In this document: piece after piece, positions 36,633 to 44,611 of the stretch | Numbering within the stretch: the first letter of the stretch is position 1 | Layout of the letters: each line of letters starts with the position of its first letter | Source of the DNA: Clostridiales bacterium | GTDB lineage: Bacteria; Bacillota; Clostridia; Oscillospirales; Oscillospiraceae | Direction: 5' to 3' | Assembly: GCA_004557655.1 (NCBI GenBank) | Contig: SFGJ01000003.1 | Location: forward strand, 18,421 to 82,420 | DNA length: 64,000 bases | Program-made: the position numbers and the translations under genes | The notes under the pieces: model-generated | What the model was told of the DNA's origin: nothing | The model's input: the letters and a program-made list of their open reading frames with translations, nothing else | The model's database searches: none

Positions 36633-37271
36633 ATGAGAAAAATCGCACATCTTGGCGCGCTGATCCTTTCGCTGCTGATGCTCCTAAGTCTGGCGGCCTG
36701 CGGCCAAAAGGACACAAATGCCACCCCCTACACCCCCGGCACGACGGTAGGCAACACCTACACCAATGAGCATTTCGGCTTCACCGTCACCCTGGACGAG
36801 AGTTCCGGCTGGACTTTCTACACCAGCGAGCAGCTGGCGCAGCTAATCGGTCAAACATCAGAAGTACTAGACAACAGTGAAACCGTTAGCGAGTCGCTGG
36901 AACGCAGCAAGAACGCCATAGAGATGGTTGCTATACGCACCGACAACGCCACCCTTATCGTGACGGTGGAGAACCTGGGGGCTTCCAATGGTGCAAAATA
37001 CGACGAAAGCTCCTATGTGGACACCGCCCTCGCCAACCTGGCCCAGCAGCTGACCAACGCCGGGCACACAAATGTGTGCACAGAAAAGGCCACCCTGCCC
37101 TTCGCCGGTGAGGAACACTACGGTATTCTTGTCAATACCGAGCTGCAAGGTGTGACCATGGCGCAGACCATTGTCTGCGTGAAGGTGGACAACTATGTGG
37201 CCGTGGTAACCGCTGTTAACGATTCGGACGAAAGCAGCGCCGACCTGCTGGCGGCATTCACTGGCCTATGA
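36633..37271 (+). CDS. Lipoprotein of unknown function (paralog of 61366-62010)
   Basis: Signal peptide with lipobox LSLAAC. Shares GNTYTNE(H/Y)FGFT, VTVENLG, YDES.YVD and FAG..HYGI blocks with the second copy. ATG 36633 is 8 nt after AAGGGAG. Confidence 0.75.
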   Translation: MRKIAHLGALILSLLMLLSLAACGQKDTNATPYTPGTTVGNTYTNEHFGFTVTLDESSGWTFYTSEQLAQLIGQTSEVLDNSETVSESLERSKNAIEMVAIRTDNATLIVTVENLGASNGAKYDESSYVDTALANLAQQLTNAGHTNVCTEKATLPFAGEEHYGILVNTELQGVTMAQTIVCVKVDNYVAVVTAVNDSDESSADLLAAFTGL

Positions 37272-37290
37272 GGGTTTGAATACGAAAAAT

Positions 37291-37341
37291 ACACCCCGCG
37301 TATCGGGCAGGAAAACTGCCGGAGTGCGGGGTGTGTTTTTT
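37291..37341 (+). terminator. Lipoprotein gene terminator
   Basis: ACACCCCGC ... GCGGGGTGT stem with an inner hairpin, followed by GTTTTTT. Confidence 0.65.
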
Positions 37342-37382
37342 AGGGAATACCGATAGGAAAGTGAATGGCTTCCACGCCCTTG

Positions 37383-37405
37383 TAGGGGCGGACGACCCTG
37401 CCCCG
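37383..37405. repeat. 23-nt direct repeat TAGGGGCGGACGACCCTGCCCCG, right copy
   Basis: Exact copy of 36456-36478. Confidence 0.85.
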
Positions 37406-37501
37406 CCCGGCGGTGGGCTTGTTTTCCCTTTCCCTCTTGCATTTCTCACCAATTTGCGGCATACTGGGGGTGTTCAATCTTACATTAAAGGAGTTTTCGC
37501 C

Positions 37502-38644
37502 ATGGAAACCGTGAAGCTATATTATGAAAATGCATTTTTGCGGGAATTTGACGGGGTGGTGGTCGATTGCCGTCCCCAGGGGAAAAAGTGGCTGGTGCAG
37601 CTGGACCGGACCGCGTTTTATCCCGAGGGCGGCGGCCAGCCCTGCGATTTCGGTACATTGGGCGAGGCCAAGGTGCGCGACGTACAGGAAAAGGACGGCG
37701 TGATCGTTCACACCTGCGACAAAGCCCTGCCCGTTGGCGAAGCCGTACACGGCGAAATCGACTGGCAGCGCCGCTTTGACCACATGCAGCAGCACTCCGG
37801 CGAGCACATTGTCAGCGGGATGCTGTGCAGCACCTACCACTGCGACAACACCGGCTTCCACATGGGCGCCGAGAGCGTGATCATCGACTACAACGCCGAC
37901 ATCCCTTGGGAGGGTGTGTTGGAAATTGAGCGGAAAGCCAACGCCTACATCTGGGAAAACCGTCCCTTTGAGGTGCTGTGGCCCCGTGCCGAGGAACTCA
38001 AAACCCTGCCCTACCGCAGCAAGAAGGAGCTGACCGGTGCGGTGCGCATCACGGTTTTCCCCGGCGCGGATATGTGCGCCTGCTGCGGCACCCATGTGGC
38101 ACACAGCGGTCAGGTGGGTCTGGTGAAGTTCATCGGCTGGCAGAAATTCCGGGACGGCGTGCGGCTGGAGCTGCTGTGCGGAGAGCGAGCCCTGCACTAC
38201 CTCTCCCTGAACTGGGAGCAGAACCGCACCATCGGTCAGACCCTGTCGGTGAAGCCGGAAAAGACCTTTGAGGCGGTGGAGCGGCTGCTGGGTGAGGTGC
38301 AGAGCCTGAAGGCCCGCTGCGCCGCTATGGAGGTGGAGGCCTTTTCCCGTCTGGCAGAGGAAAACCGGGACAAGGGCGATGTGGTGCTGGTGCAGCCCGA
38401 GATGGAAGCAGATGCCGTGCGGCGGTTGTGTGACGCTGTAAAGGACACCTGCGGCGGACGGTGCGCCGTGTTCGCCGGGCAAAGCGGCAGCTATAAGTAT
38501 GCCGTCATTCATGCCGGGCAGGATATTTCCGACCTGATCAAGCGGATGAATGCCGCTCTCCACGGCCGGGGAGGCGGGCGGGACGGCTTCGCCCAGGGCA
38601 GCGTAAGCTGTACGCAGGAGGAGCTGCTGGATTTTTGGGCATAA
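37502..38644 (+). CDS. AlaX-L-type alanyl-tRNA editing protein (Ser-tRNA(Ala) deacylase)
   Basis: Zn/editing motifs HSGEHIV and CCGTHV, with a C-terminal DHHA1-like GGGR region; ATG 37502 after AAAGGAG. Confidence 0.8.
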   Translation: METVKLYYENAFLREFDGVVVDCRPQGKKWLVQLDRTAFYPEGGGQPCDFGTLGEAKVRDVQEKDGVIVHTCDKALPVGEAVHGEIDWQRRFDHMQQHSGEHIVSGMLCSTYHCDNTGFHMGAESVIIDYNADIPWEGVLEIERKANAYIWENRPFEVLWPRAEELKTLPYRSKKELTGAVRITVFPGADMCACCGTHVAHSGQVGLVKFIGWQKFRDGVRLELLCGERALHYLSLNWEQNRTIGQTLSVKPEKTFEAVERLLGEVQSLKARCAAMEVEAFSRLAEENRDKGDVVLVQPEMEADAVRRLCDAVKDTCGGRCAVFAGQSGSYKYAVIHAGQDISDLIKRMNAALHGRGGGRDGFAQGSVSCTQEELLDFWA

Positions 38645-38662
38645 TACGATGTAAACAGATTC

Positions 38663-38709
38663 CCCCCCGAAAAAACCGACTGATTTCGGCTTTTTCGGGG
38701 GTTTTCTTT
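38663..38709 (+). terminator. Rho-independent terminator after the alaX-like gene
   Basis: CCCCCGAAAAAACCGA-CTGATT-TCGGCTTTTTCGGGGG followed by TTTTCTTT. Confidence 0.75.
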
Positions 38710-38762
38710 CCACAAAAAAGGTGCTATACTGTCTTGGTCTGAATACAAGAAGAAGGTATACT

Positions 38763-40142
38763 ATGCAAAACGAAAATAAGCTGGGTGTTATGCCCATAAA
38801 AAAGCTCATCTGGGATATGTCCCTGCCCATCATCGCCTCCATGCTGGTGCAGGCCCTGTATAACATCGTGGACAGCGTGTTCGTCTCCTGGGTCAGTGAA
38901 GCGTCACTGACAGCCGTATCTCTGGCGTTCCCGGCCCAGAACCTGATGATCTCCCTGTCCGCCGGCACCGCCGTGGGCGTCAACGCCCTCATGGGCCGTG
39001 CTTTGGGCGCCAAGCAGCAGAAGCGGGCGGACACCGTGGCGGTGAACGGTCTGTTTCTGGCCTTCGTGGGCTTCTTGCTGTGTGCCGTGCTGGGCCTGAG
39101 TCTGTCGGATCTCTTTTTCCGCAGCCAGACGGATGTGGAGGAGATCGTGCAGATGGGTAACCAGTACCTGCACATCGTCATGGGCTGCTCTATAGGACTT
39201 TTCGGCCAGATGATGCTGGAACGGCTGCTCCAGGGCACGGGCCACAGCGTTCTGTCCATGTATACCCAGGGCGCCGGCGCCCTCATCAACCTCATTCTGG
39301 ACCCCGTCTTCATTTTTTTGTTTGATCTGGGTGTGGCGGGCGCCGCCATTGCCACCGTCACCGGCCAGATCTGCGCCTGCGTATTTGCACTGGTGCTGAA
39401 TCTGAAGAAAAATCCGGAGATCCATCTGGTGTTCCGGGGCTTCCAGCCCGATTGGCGCATCATTGGCAGCATTTATGCCATCGGCCTGCCGTCGGTGGTG
39501 ATGATGGCCATTGGCTCGGTGATGACCTTCCTGATGAACAAGATCCTCATCACCTACCACTCCGCCCGGGAAACCGCCGCCACGGCCTTCGGCATCTACT
39601 TTAAGCTCAACAGCTTCGTCTTTATGCCGGTGTTCGGCCTGAATAACGGCGTCATCCCCATCATTGCTTACAACTACGGTGCCCAGCAGCGCGGCCGCAT
39701 GATCGAGACCATCAAGCGCAGCGCCCTGTACGCCTCCTGCGTGATGATTCTGGGTATGGCCATCTTCCAGATCGTACCCGGCACGCTGCTGAAGATATTC
39801 AAGGCCACGGACACCATGATGGCCGTGGGAATCCCGGCTCTGCGGATCATCTCCCTGAGCTTCTGTCTGGCCGGGGCTTGCATCGCTCTGGGCGGCAGCT
39901 TTCAGGCGCTGGGCAAGTCCATATACTCCCTCATCGTGTCCTTCATCCGGCAGCTTGTGCTGCTGATCCCGGCGGCCTTTGTTCTGGCCCAGATCGGCCA
40001 CAACTCCGGCAACGACAATCTGGTGTGGTGGTGCTACCCCATTGCGGAGATATTCTCCCTGGGTGTGACGCTCCTGTGCTACCGCCGCTTGTACCGCACC
40101 CTCATCTCCAAGCTGCCTCTCAACGGATCAGAGGGAGCGTAA
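38763..40142 (+). CDS. MATE-family efflux transporter
   Basis: 12-TM profile with N-terminal PIIASMLVQALYNIVDSVFV typical of MATE/NorM proteins. Confidence 0.88.
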   Translation: MQNENKLGVMPIKKLIWDMSLPIIASMLVQALYNIVDSVFVSWVSEASLTAVSLAFPAQNLMISLSAGTAVGVNALMGRALGAKQQKRADTVAVNGLFLAFVGFLLCAVLGLSLSDLFFRSQTDVEEIVQMGNQYLHIVMGCSIGLFGQMMLERLLQGTGHSVLSMYTQGAGALINLILDPVFIFLFDLGVAGAAIATVTGQICACVFALVLNLKKNPEIHLVFRGFQPDWRIIGSIYAIGLPSVVMMAIGSVMTFLMNKILITYHSARETAATAFGIYFKLNSFVFMPVFGLNNGVIPIIAYNYGAQQRGRMIETIKRSALYASCVMILGMAIFQIVPGTLLKIFKATDTMMAVGIPALRIISLSFCLAGACIALGGSFQALGKSIYSLIVSFIRQLVLLIPAAFVLAQIGHNSGNDNLVWWCYPIAEIFSLGVTLLCYRRLYRTLISKLPLNGSEGA

Positions 40143-40291
40143 CTTCTTGTTAATATAGAAAAAGGGAAAAAAGCTGCTCCATCCAGGTGTGCCCACACAG
40201 TTTACCCATTGCAGCCCGACAAAAAAAGAAAAGCTTATCCACCCCGCGACCGTTGCGGGTGAATATGCTCCCCCGGACGGAAAGTAATTGC

Positions 40292-40340
40292 CAAAAAATA
40301 GCAAAGCCGCCGCTTCTGGAGAAAAGCGGCGGCTTTGCTA
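40292..40340 (-). terminator. Orphan Rho-independent terminator (minus-strand orientation)
   Basis: 19-bp stem TAGCAAAGCCGCCGCTT..AAGCGGCGGCTTTGCTA; followed by TTTTTT only on the minus strand. No ORF upstream of it. Confidence 0.6.
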
Positions 40341-40546
40341 TATAAGGGGAAAGGGAAGAATATCTCACAGGAAAAAAGAATTTACAAGTATGTTTTTTTG
40401 ATTGCATTTATGTTAACAGAATTTTATTAATATGTAAAGTGAATGTTGTTCATCTTTACCATGAAAAATTTTTATGCAATCAGCACATTCATACCCCCCT
40501 GACACAAAGAAAAAAGAATAGATTATAAAAACAGGAAGAAAACCGC

Positions 40547-40579
40547 AAAACCGCCGCATATGGATGAAGCGGCGGTTTT
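40547..40579. terminator. Bidirectional terminator downstream of the 26-aa ORF
   Basis: AAAACCGCCGC-ATATGGATGAA-GCGGCGGTTTT. Confidence 0.65.
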
Positions 40580-40619
40580 GCATTTTGAAGGGTAAATCAC
40601 GATATGGAAAAGATTGTAC

Positions 40620-40700
40620 TTACTTTTTTGTTGCAACGGAAACAACACCCACGATCACGAGGATCCCGGCCAAAGCGGCCAAAAAAGCGTTCAGCATCAT
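40620..40700 (-). CDS. 26-aa hydrophobic micropeptide (MMLNAFLAALAGILVIVGVVSVATKK)
   Basis: AAGGAGG RBS about 10 nt upstream, own TTTACA-17-TAATAT promoter and own terminator; single TM-like helix with KK tail. Below the ORF-track size cutoff. Confidence 0.55.
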   Translation of the reverse strand: MMLNAFLAALAGILVIVGVVSVATKK

Positions 40701-40743
40701 AGTTTTTTGACCTCCTTTTTTGATTTGTTATCCGGATGAGTTT

Positions 40744-40772
40744 ATATTAGCAGACTTTTATTTATTTGTAAA
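40744..40772 (-). promoter_or_regulatory. Putative sigma-A promoter of the micropeptide gene
   Basis: Minus strand TTTACA-17 nt-TAATAT. Confidence 0.5.
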
Positions 40773-40855
40773 ACGAATGATTTTAATGCTTTTGATGAAT
40801 TTTTCTTGTCAAAGGCGAAAAAAGGTGCTACACTGACGGTAAAGGAGGCAATTCT

Positions 40856-41740
40856 ATGAGCATGACAAAATATCAGGTTTTTTTAAAGGTCGTAGACTGC
40901 GGCGGCTTTACCCGGGCGGCAGAGGAGCTGCACTTCACCCAATCCGGCATCAGCCACACCATCGCCTCCCTTGAAAGAGAGCTGGGAGTTCCACTGTTCG
41001 TGCGCAACCGGGGCGGCGTGACCCTTACGGCGGATGGGCGGGCACTCCTGCCGCGCATACAGACTCTGTGCGACGACGCACGGATTCTGGCGCAGAAGGC
41101 CCAGGAGCTGCGGGGTCTGGAAACAGGCCTTGTCCGGGTGGCCACCTTCAACAGCGTGTCGGTGCAGTGGCTGCCGTACATCCTCAAATCCTTCCGGGAG
41201 GAGCATCCTCACATTGAATTCGAGCTGCTGCCCTTCGTGGAGAACGCCGAGCTGGAGGAGGCGGTTCTCAGCGGTCGGGCGGACTGCTGCTTTGCCAGCC
41301 TGCCCACCACGCATCTCCTGGACACCTGGATGCTGCATCGGGATCAGTGGCGGGTCATTGTCGCCTACAATCACCCCTTGGCCGGCCGGGATCCGTTCCC
41401 TTTGGACGCTCTGGCCTCGGAGCCGTTCATATACCTCCAGGAGGGCGAGGATTACGAGGTCCGTGCCGTGCTGGACAGCCTGCAGATCCGGCCAAATATC
41501 CAGTACATTCTGCGGGACGACCCCTCCATTCTGGCCATGGTGTCCAACGGTCTGGGCATCAGCATCATGCCGGAGCTGGAGCTGGAGCACTGCCCCTATC
41601 CCCTGGTCGCCTGCCCCCTGCCCCAATCATTTTACCGAAATATCGGCATTGCGGTAAAGGACAAGAACGCCCTGTCCCTGTCCACCCGCCGTTTCATCGA
41701 GCACGCCCGCCGCTGGGTGGGGCAGCACTACGAGAATTGA
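40856..41740 (+). CDS. LysR-family transcriptional regulator
   Basis: N-terminal HTH (YQVFLKVVDCGGFTRAAEELHFTQSGISHTIASLE) plus a substrate-binding domain; 294 aa. Confidence 0.9.
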   Translation: MSMTKYQVFLKVVDCGGFTRAAEELHFTQSGISHTIASLERELGVPLFVRNRGGVTLTADGRALLPRIQTLCDDARILAQKAQELRGLETGLVRVATFNSVSVQWLPYILKSFREEHPHIEFELLPFVENAELEEAVLSGRADCCFASLPTTHLLDTWMLHRDQWRVIVAYNHPLAGRDPFPLDALASEPFIYLQEGEDYEVRAVLDSLQIRPNIQYILRDDPSILAMVSNGLGISIMPELELEHCPYPLVACPLPQSFYRNIGIAVKDKNALSLSTRRFIEHARRWVGQHYEN

Positions 41741-41966
41741 TCGGATCGCTTCTTCGGCATACGCGCCGCGCCGGCCGCCGGCTGCCACGGCAACACGGGG
41801 AGCGGTGCTCCTCTATCGTTTTCCCGCGTTGTTTTTTCCTGGCGGCGCAGTGGGGGGGTATGGCACCCTACGCAGATTCTCTATATGGTCATTACGGATT
41901 CCCGTGGGCAGCAATCCACATCCCCACCCCCAACCCTTCCACTTTCCGAAGACCCACACAAAATAA

Positions 41967-42008
41967 ATCCGCCGCCACCGGGAAAAACCGGTAGCGGCGG
42001 TGATTTTT
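41967..42008. terminator. Bidirectional terminator between the LysR gene and nadE
   Basis: ATCCGCCGCCACCGG-GAAAAA-CCGGTAGCGGCGGTGAT with T-rich flanks on both strands. Confidence 0.7.
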
Positions 42009-42779
42009 CTACTTATAGTAGTCCGTTTCCTCCTCCAGCGCTATGGGCAGGCCATTGTGGTACACAGGAACCGTGGTAAACTTAAAGCGGCTGGCCTTGT
42101 GCTTCTGGTCGATCTTCTCCTTGATCGCCGGATCAACTACACCCCGGCGGACATACTCGTTGACGGCGTGATAGGTGAAGCCCAAATTGTCCTCATCGGT
42201 GAGGCCGGTGAGTCCATCGGACGGCGGCTTCTGCAGAAAATGCTCCGGCAGGCCCAGGGCGCGACCCAGAGCAATGACCTCCTCGGTGGTGTACATCCCC
42301 AAGGGGGAGAAGGCTCCGGCGCTGTCGCCGTAAATGGTGCAATAGCCTACCCAATCCTCGGAGAGGTTGGAGGTATTGATGACCGTGCCGCCGGGCAGAG
42401 ACTGGGCCACGGCATAAAGGGTAGACATACGGATACGGGAGGGCAGATTCACCGTGGTCTGGCGGCTGGGGGTGATGCCGGCCCTCTCCATCTCCTTTAA
42501 AACACCCTGCACCGCGTCGCTGATATTGATGGTGCAGTGGGGGATCTGCAGATGCTCCACAAGGCCCCGGGAATAATCAATATCCGGCTGCACGCCGTCG
42601 GGCATGAGCACACCGTGCACATTCTCCCGGCCGTATGCCGCCACGGCCAAGGCTGCCACGGTGGAGCTGTCCTTGCCGCCGGAAATGCCGATGACCGCCG
42701 TCCGTCCGTGGCAATTTTGCATCATCTCGTTCATCCACTCCAGCAGACCTGCCAGTTGGATCTGAGGGTTGAAGTCCAT
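42009..42779 (-). CDS. nadE: NH3-dependent NAD+ synthetase
   Basis: PP-loop IGISGGKDSS; ATG 42779 behind GGGAGG. Confidence 0.88.
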   Translation of the reverse strand: MDFNPQIQLAGLLEWMNEMMQNCHGRTAVIGISGGKDSSTVAALAVAAYGRENVHGVLMPDGVQPDIDYSRGLVEHLQIPHCTINISDAVQGVLKEMERAGITPSRQTTVNLPSRIRMSTLYAVAQSLPGGTVINTSNLSEDWVGYCTIYGDSAGAFSPLGMYTTEEVIALGRALGLPEHFLQKPPSDGLTGLTDEDNLGFTYHAVNEYVRRGVVDPAIKEKIDQKHKASRFKFTTVPVYHNGLPIALEEETDYYK

Positions 42780-42860
42780 AAAAATGCGCCTCCCTGTCTG
42801 TTTCTTGGGGTTATTGTACGGCAACGGCTTATAAAATGCAAGCGGCCAATATGCCAAAAT

Positions 42861-42900
42861 ACAGGAAAACCTCCCACCTTGCGGTGGGAGGTTTTCCTGT
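42861..42900 (-). terminator. rnhA terminator
   Basis: 18-bp stem ACAGGAAAACCTCCCACC-TTGC-GGTGGGAGGTTTTCCTGT; minus strand followed by ATTTTGG. Confidence 0.7.
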
Positions 42901-43012
42901 TGTGTGTTAGGAGAGAGAAAATCACTTTTGGAAAGGTTCTTTGTATGCGAATATATTACTTTGTAAATATGGCAAAACAATAAATTGGTAGTGAACATTT
43001 TGTAAACGATCC

Positions 43013-43447
43013 TCAAAATTTCCGGCTTTCGGACACGGCCAGCTCATCGCAGCGGTTATTTTTGGCGTTGGCTGCGTGCCCCTTGACCCAATGATAGCGC
43101 ACCTCATGCCGGGCAACGAGGGGCAGGAGCCGCTCCCAGAGATCCACATTCAGGGCGGGCTTTTTGTCGCTCTTGATCCAGCCCCTTTTCTTCCAGCCGT
43201 AGACCCAGCCCTTTTCCAGGGCGTCGATGACATACTTGCTGTCGCTGTAAAGCTCCACCACGCACGGCTCCTTCAGCAGGGACAAGGCTTCTATGACGCC
43301 GGTGAGCTCCATGCGGTTGTTGGTGGTCTCCGGGGCGCCGCCGGAGATCTCCTTCTCGATGCCGTTCCAATCCAAAATGGCTCCCCAGCCCCCGGGGCCG
43401 GGATTGCCGGAGCAGGCGCCATCGGTGTAGATGGTTACAGTTTTCAT
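43013..43447 (-). CDS. rnhA: Ribonuclease HI
   Basis: [28 protein letters not shown] and W.KGH motifs; ATG 43447 behind AAGGAGG. Confidence 0.93.
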   Translation of the reverse strand: MKTVTIYTDGACSGNPGPGGWGAILDWNGIEKEISGGAPETTNNRMELTGVIEALSLLKEPCVVELYSDSKYVIDALEKGWVYGWKKRGWIKSDKKPALNVDLWERLLPLVARHEVRYHWVKGHAANAKNNRCDELAVSESRKF

Positions 43448-43598
43448 AGAGAGCCTCCTTGGTATGAGGGGAAATGCGGATTGCCGCGCCGCCAACGGCG
43501 GCGCTCCTTGGTGACTTTCTTTGGCCCAAGGCAAAAAAGTAATTTATCACCGGCTTTTCATATCCTCGCAAGGACATACCGATAGAAACGCATCCTGT

Positions 43599-44270
43599 TC
43601 ACTCCACCGCCAGCACCGTGAGCACACCCTTTTCCACGGTAAATCTAACATTTTTACCGGCGAAGGACAGGCCGTACACCCTTTCCGGGTCATTCTGATA
43701 CCTGGGCCGGGGGTCGCAGGCCAGAACGCCCAGCAGTGCCTCCCGCTGCCGGGGGGCAAGGCCCGCCAGCAGCACCGGGTCGCAGGAAACCTCCAGCTTT
43801 TGCGCGGAAAGGGGATCGGTAAAGCCCCCGGTGGCCTCCGGGTGGCAATCGGCGTAGGGCAGGTAGGGCTTGATATCCAGAATCGGCGTCCCGTCCACTA
43901 AATCAGCGCCGCTGACATAAAGGACAGGCCCCAGCTTCTCTTCCAGCCGTACCTCCTCCAGCTTCACGCAGGACAGGCCTATGGCATTGGGCCGGAAGGG
44001 TGACCGGGTGGCGAAGACCCCCATGCGCCGGTTGCCCCCCAGCCGGGGCGGCCGCACCGTGGGTGACCACTCCGCACGCGCCGCCCGGTGGAACTGAAAG
44101 ATCAGCCACAGGTGGGAAAAACCCTCCAGCCCACGCAGGGCGTCGGGATTTCTGTACGGCGGCTCAAGCACGATGGTGCCCCCCAGCTCCGGCACAAGAC
44201 CGCTCTGCCGGGGCACGCCGAATTTATCCGTCAGATCCGTGCGGATGTGGGCAATGACATCCACGGTCAT
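43599..44270 (-). CDS. trmO: tRNA (t6A37) methyltransferase TrmO/TsaA (YaeB family)
   Basis: FGVPRQ, FSHLWLIF, GVFATRSP.RPN.IG and GTPILDIKPY motifs; start overlaps the upstream stop (TGATG). Confidence 0.85.
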   Translation of the reverse strand: MTVDVIAHIRTDLTDKFGVPRQSGLVPELGGTIVLEPPYRNPDALRGLEGFSHLWLIFQFHRAARAEWSPTVRPPRLGGNRRMGVFATRSPFRPNAIGLSCVKLEEVRLEEKLGPVLYVSGADLVDGTPILDIKPYLPYADCHPEATGGFTDPLSAQKLEVSCDPVLLAGLAPRQREALLGVLACDPRPRYQNDPERVYGLSFAGKNVRFTVEKGVLTVLAVE

Positions 44271-44608
44271 CAGCGTTTCCTCCTGCCGCTGTCCACCAGG
44301 TGGGCACGGATGTCCCTGGGCAGGCGCAGAAAACGCACCGCCTGGCCGATCACAATGGCGACCATGCAGCCCACCACGAAGAAAATATTCTGCCACCGGA
44401 TGGCTGTGAGGAAGATGAGGCATAGCAGCACCAGCAGCGCTCCGTTGATGCGGCGGTTGCCTTCCTCAATACGCCGCAGCTCCTCACTTTTCAAATAGAT
44501 CACCTTGTCGTACTCAAACTCCGCCTTGGCCGCGGCGTCGTGGTACAGGGTCTTGGTAAAATACTGCCACCGGGTCAGCGGCACGGTTCTCTCCCGTTTG
44601 CTTCCCAT
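44270..44608 (-). CDS. Hypothetical 112-aa membrane protein (two predicted TM helices)
   Basis: ATG 7 nt after a GGAGGAG that lies in the last gyrA codons; only 3 nt separate it from the gyrA stop. Hydrophobic LLVLLCLIFLTAI and IFFVVGCMVAIVIG segments. Confidence 0.65.
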   Translation of the reverse strand: MGSKRERTVPLTRWQYFTKTLYHDAAAKAEFEYDKVIYLKSEELRRIEEGNRRINGALLVLLCLIFLTAIRWQNIFFVVGCMVAIVIGQAVRFLRLPRDIRAHLVDSGRRKR

Positions 44609-44611
44609 TTT

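Noticed and set aside
38714-38731. Near-identical AAAAAAGGTGCTA(T/C)ACTG upstream of the MATE gene (38714-38731) and the LysR gene (40820-40837), considered as a shared operator.
   Set aside because: It is most simply two extended -10 promoters (TGnTAYACT) preceded by an A-tract. It is short, and the similarity lies in generic promoter positions.
40150-40407. Track ORF of 85 aa on the minus strand in the AT-rich island.
   Set aside because: It spans the 19-bp-stem terminator hairpin, lacks an RBS and has implausible composition. The hairpin is the better-supported feature.
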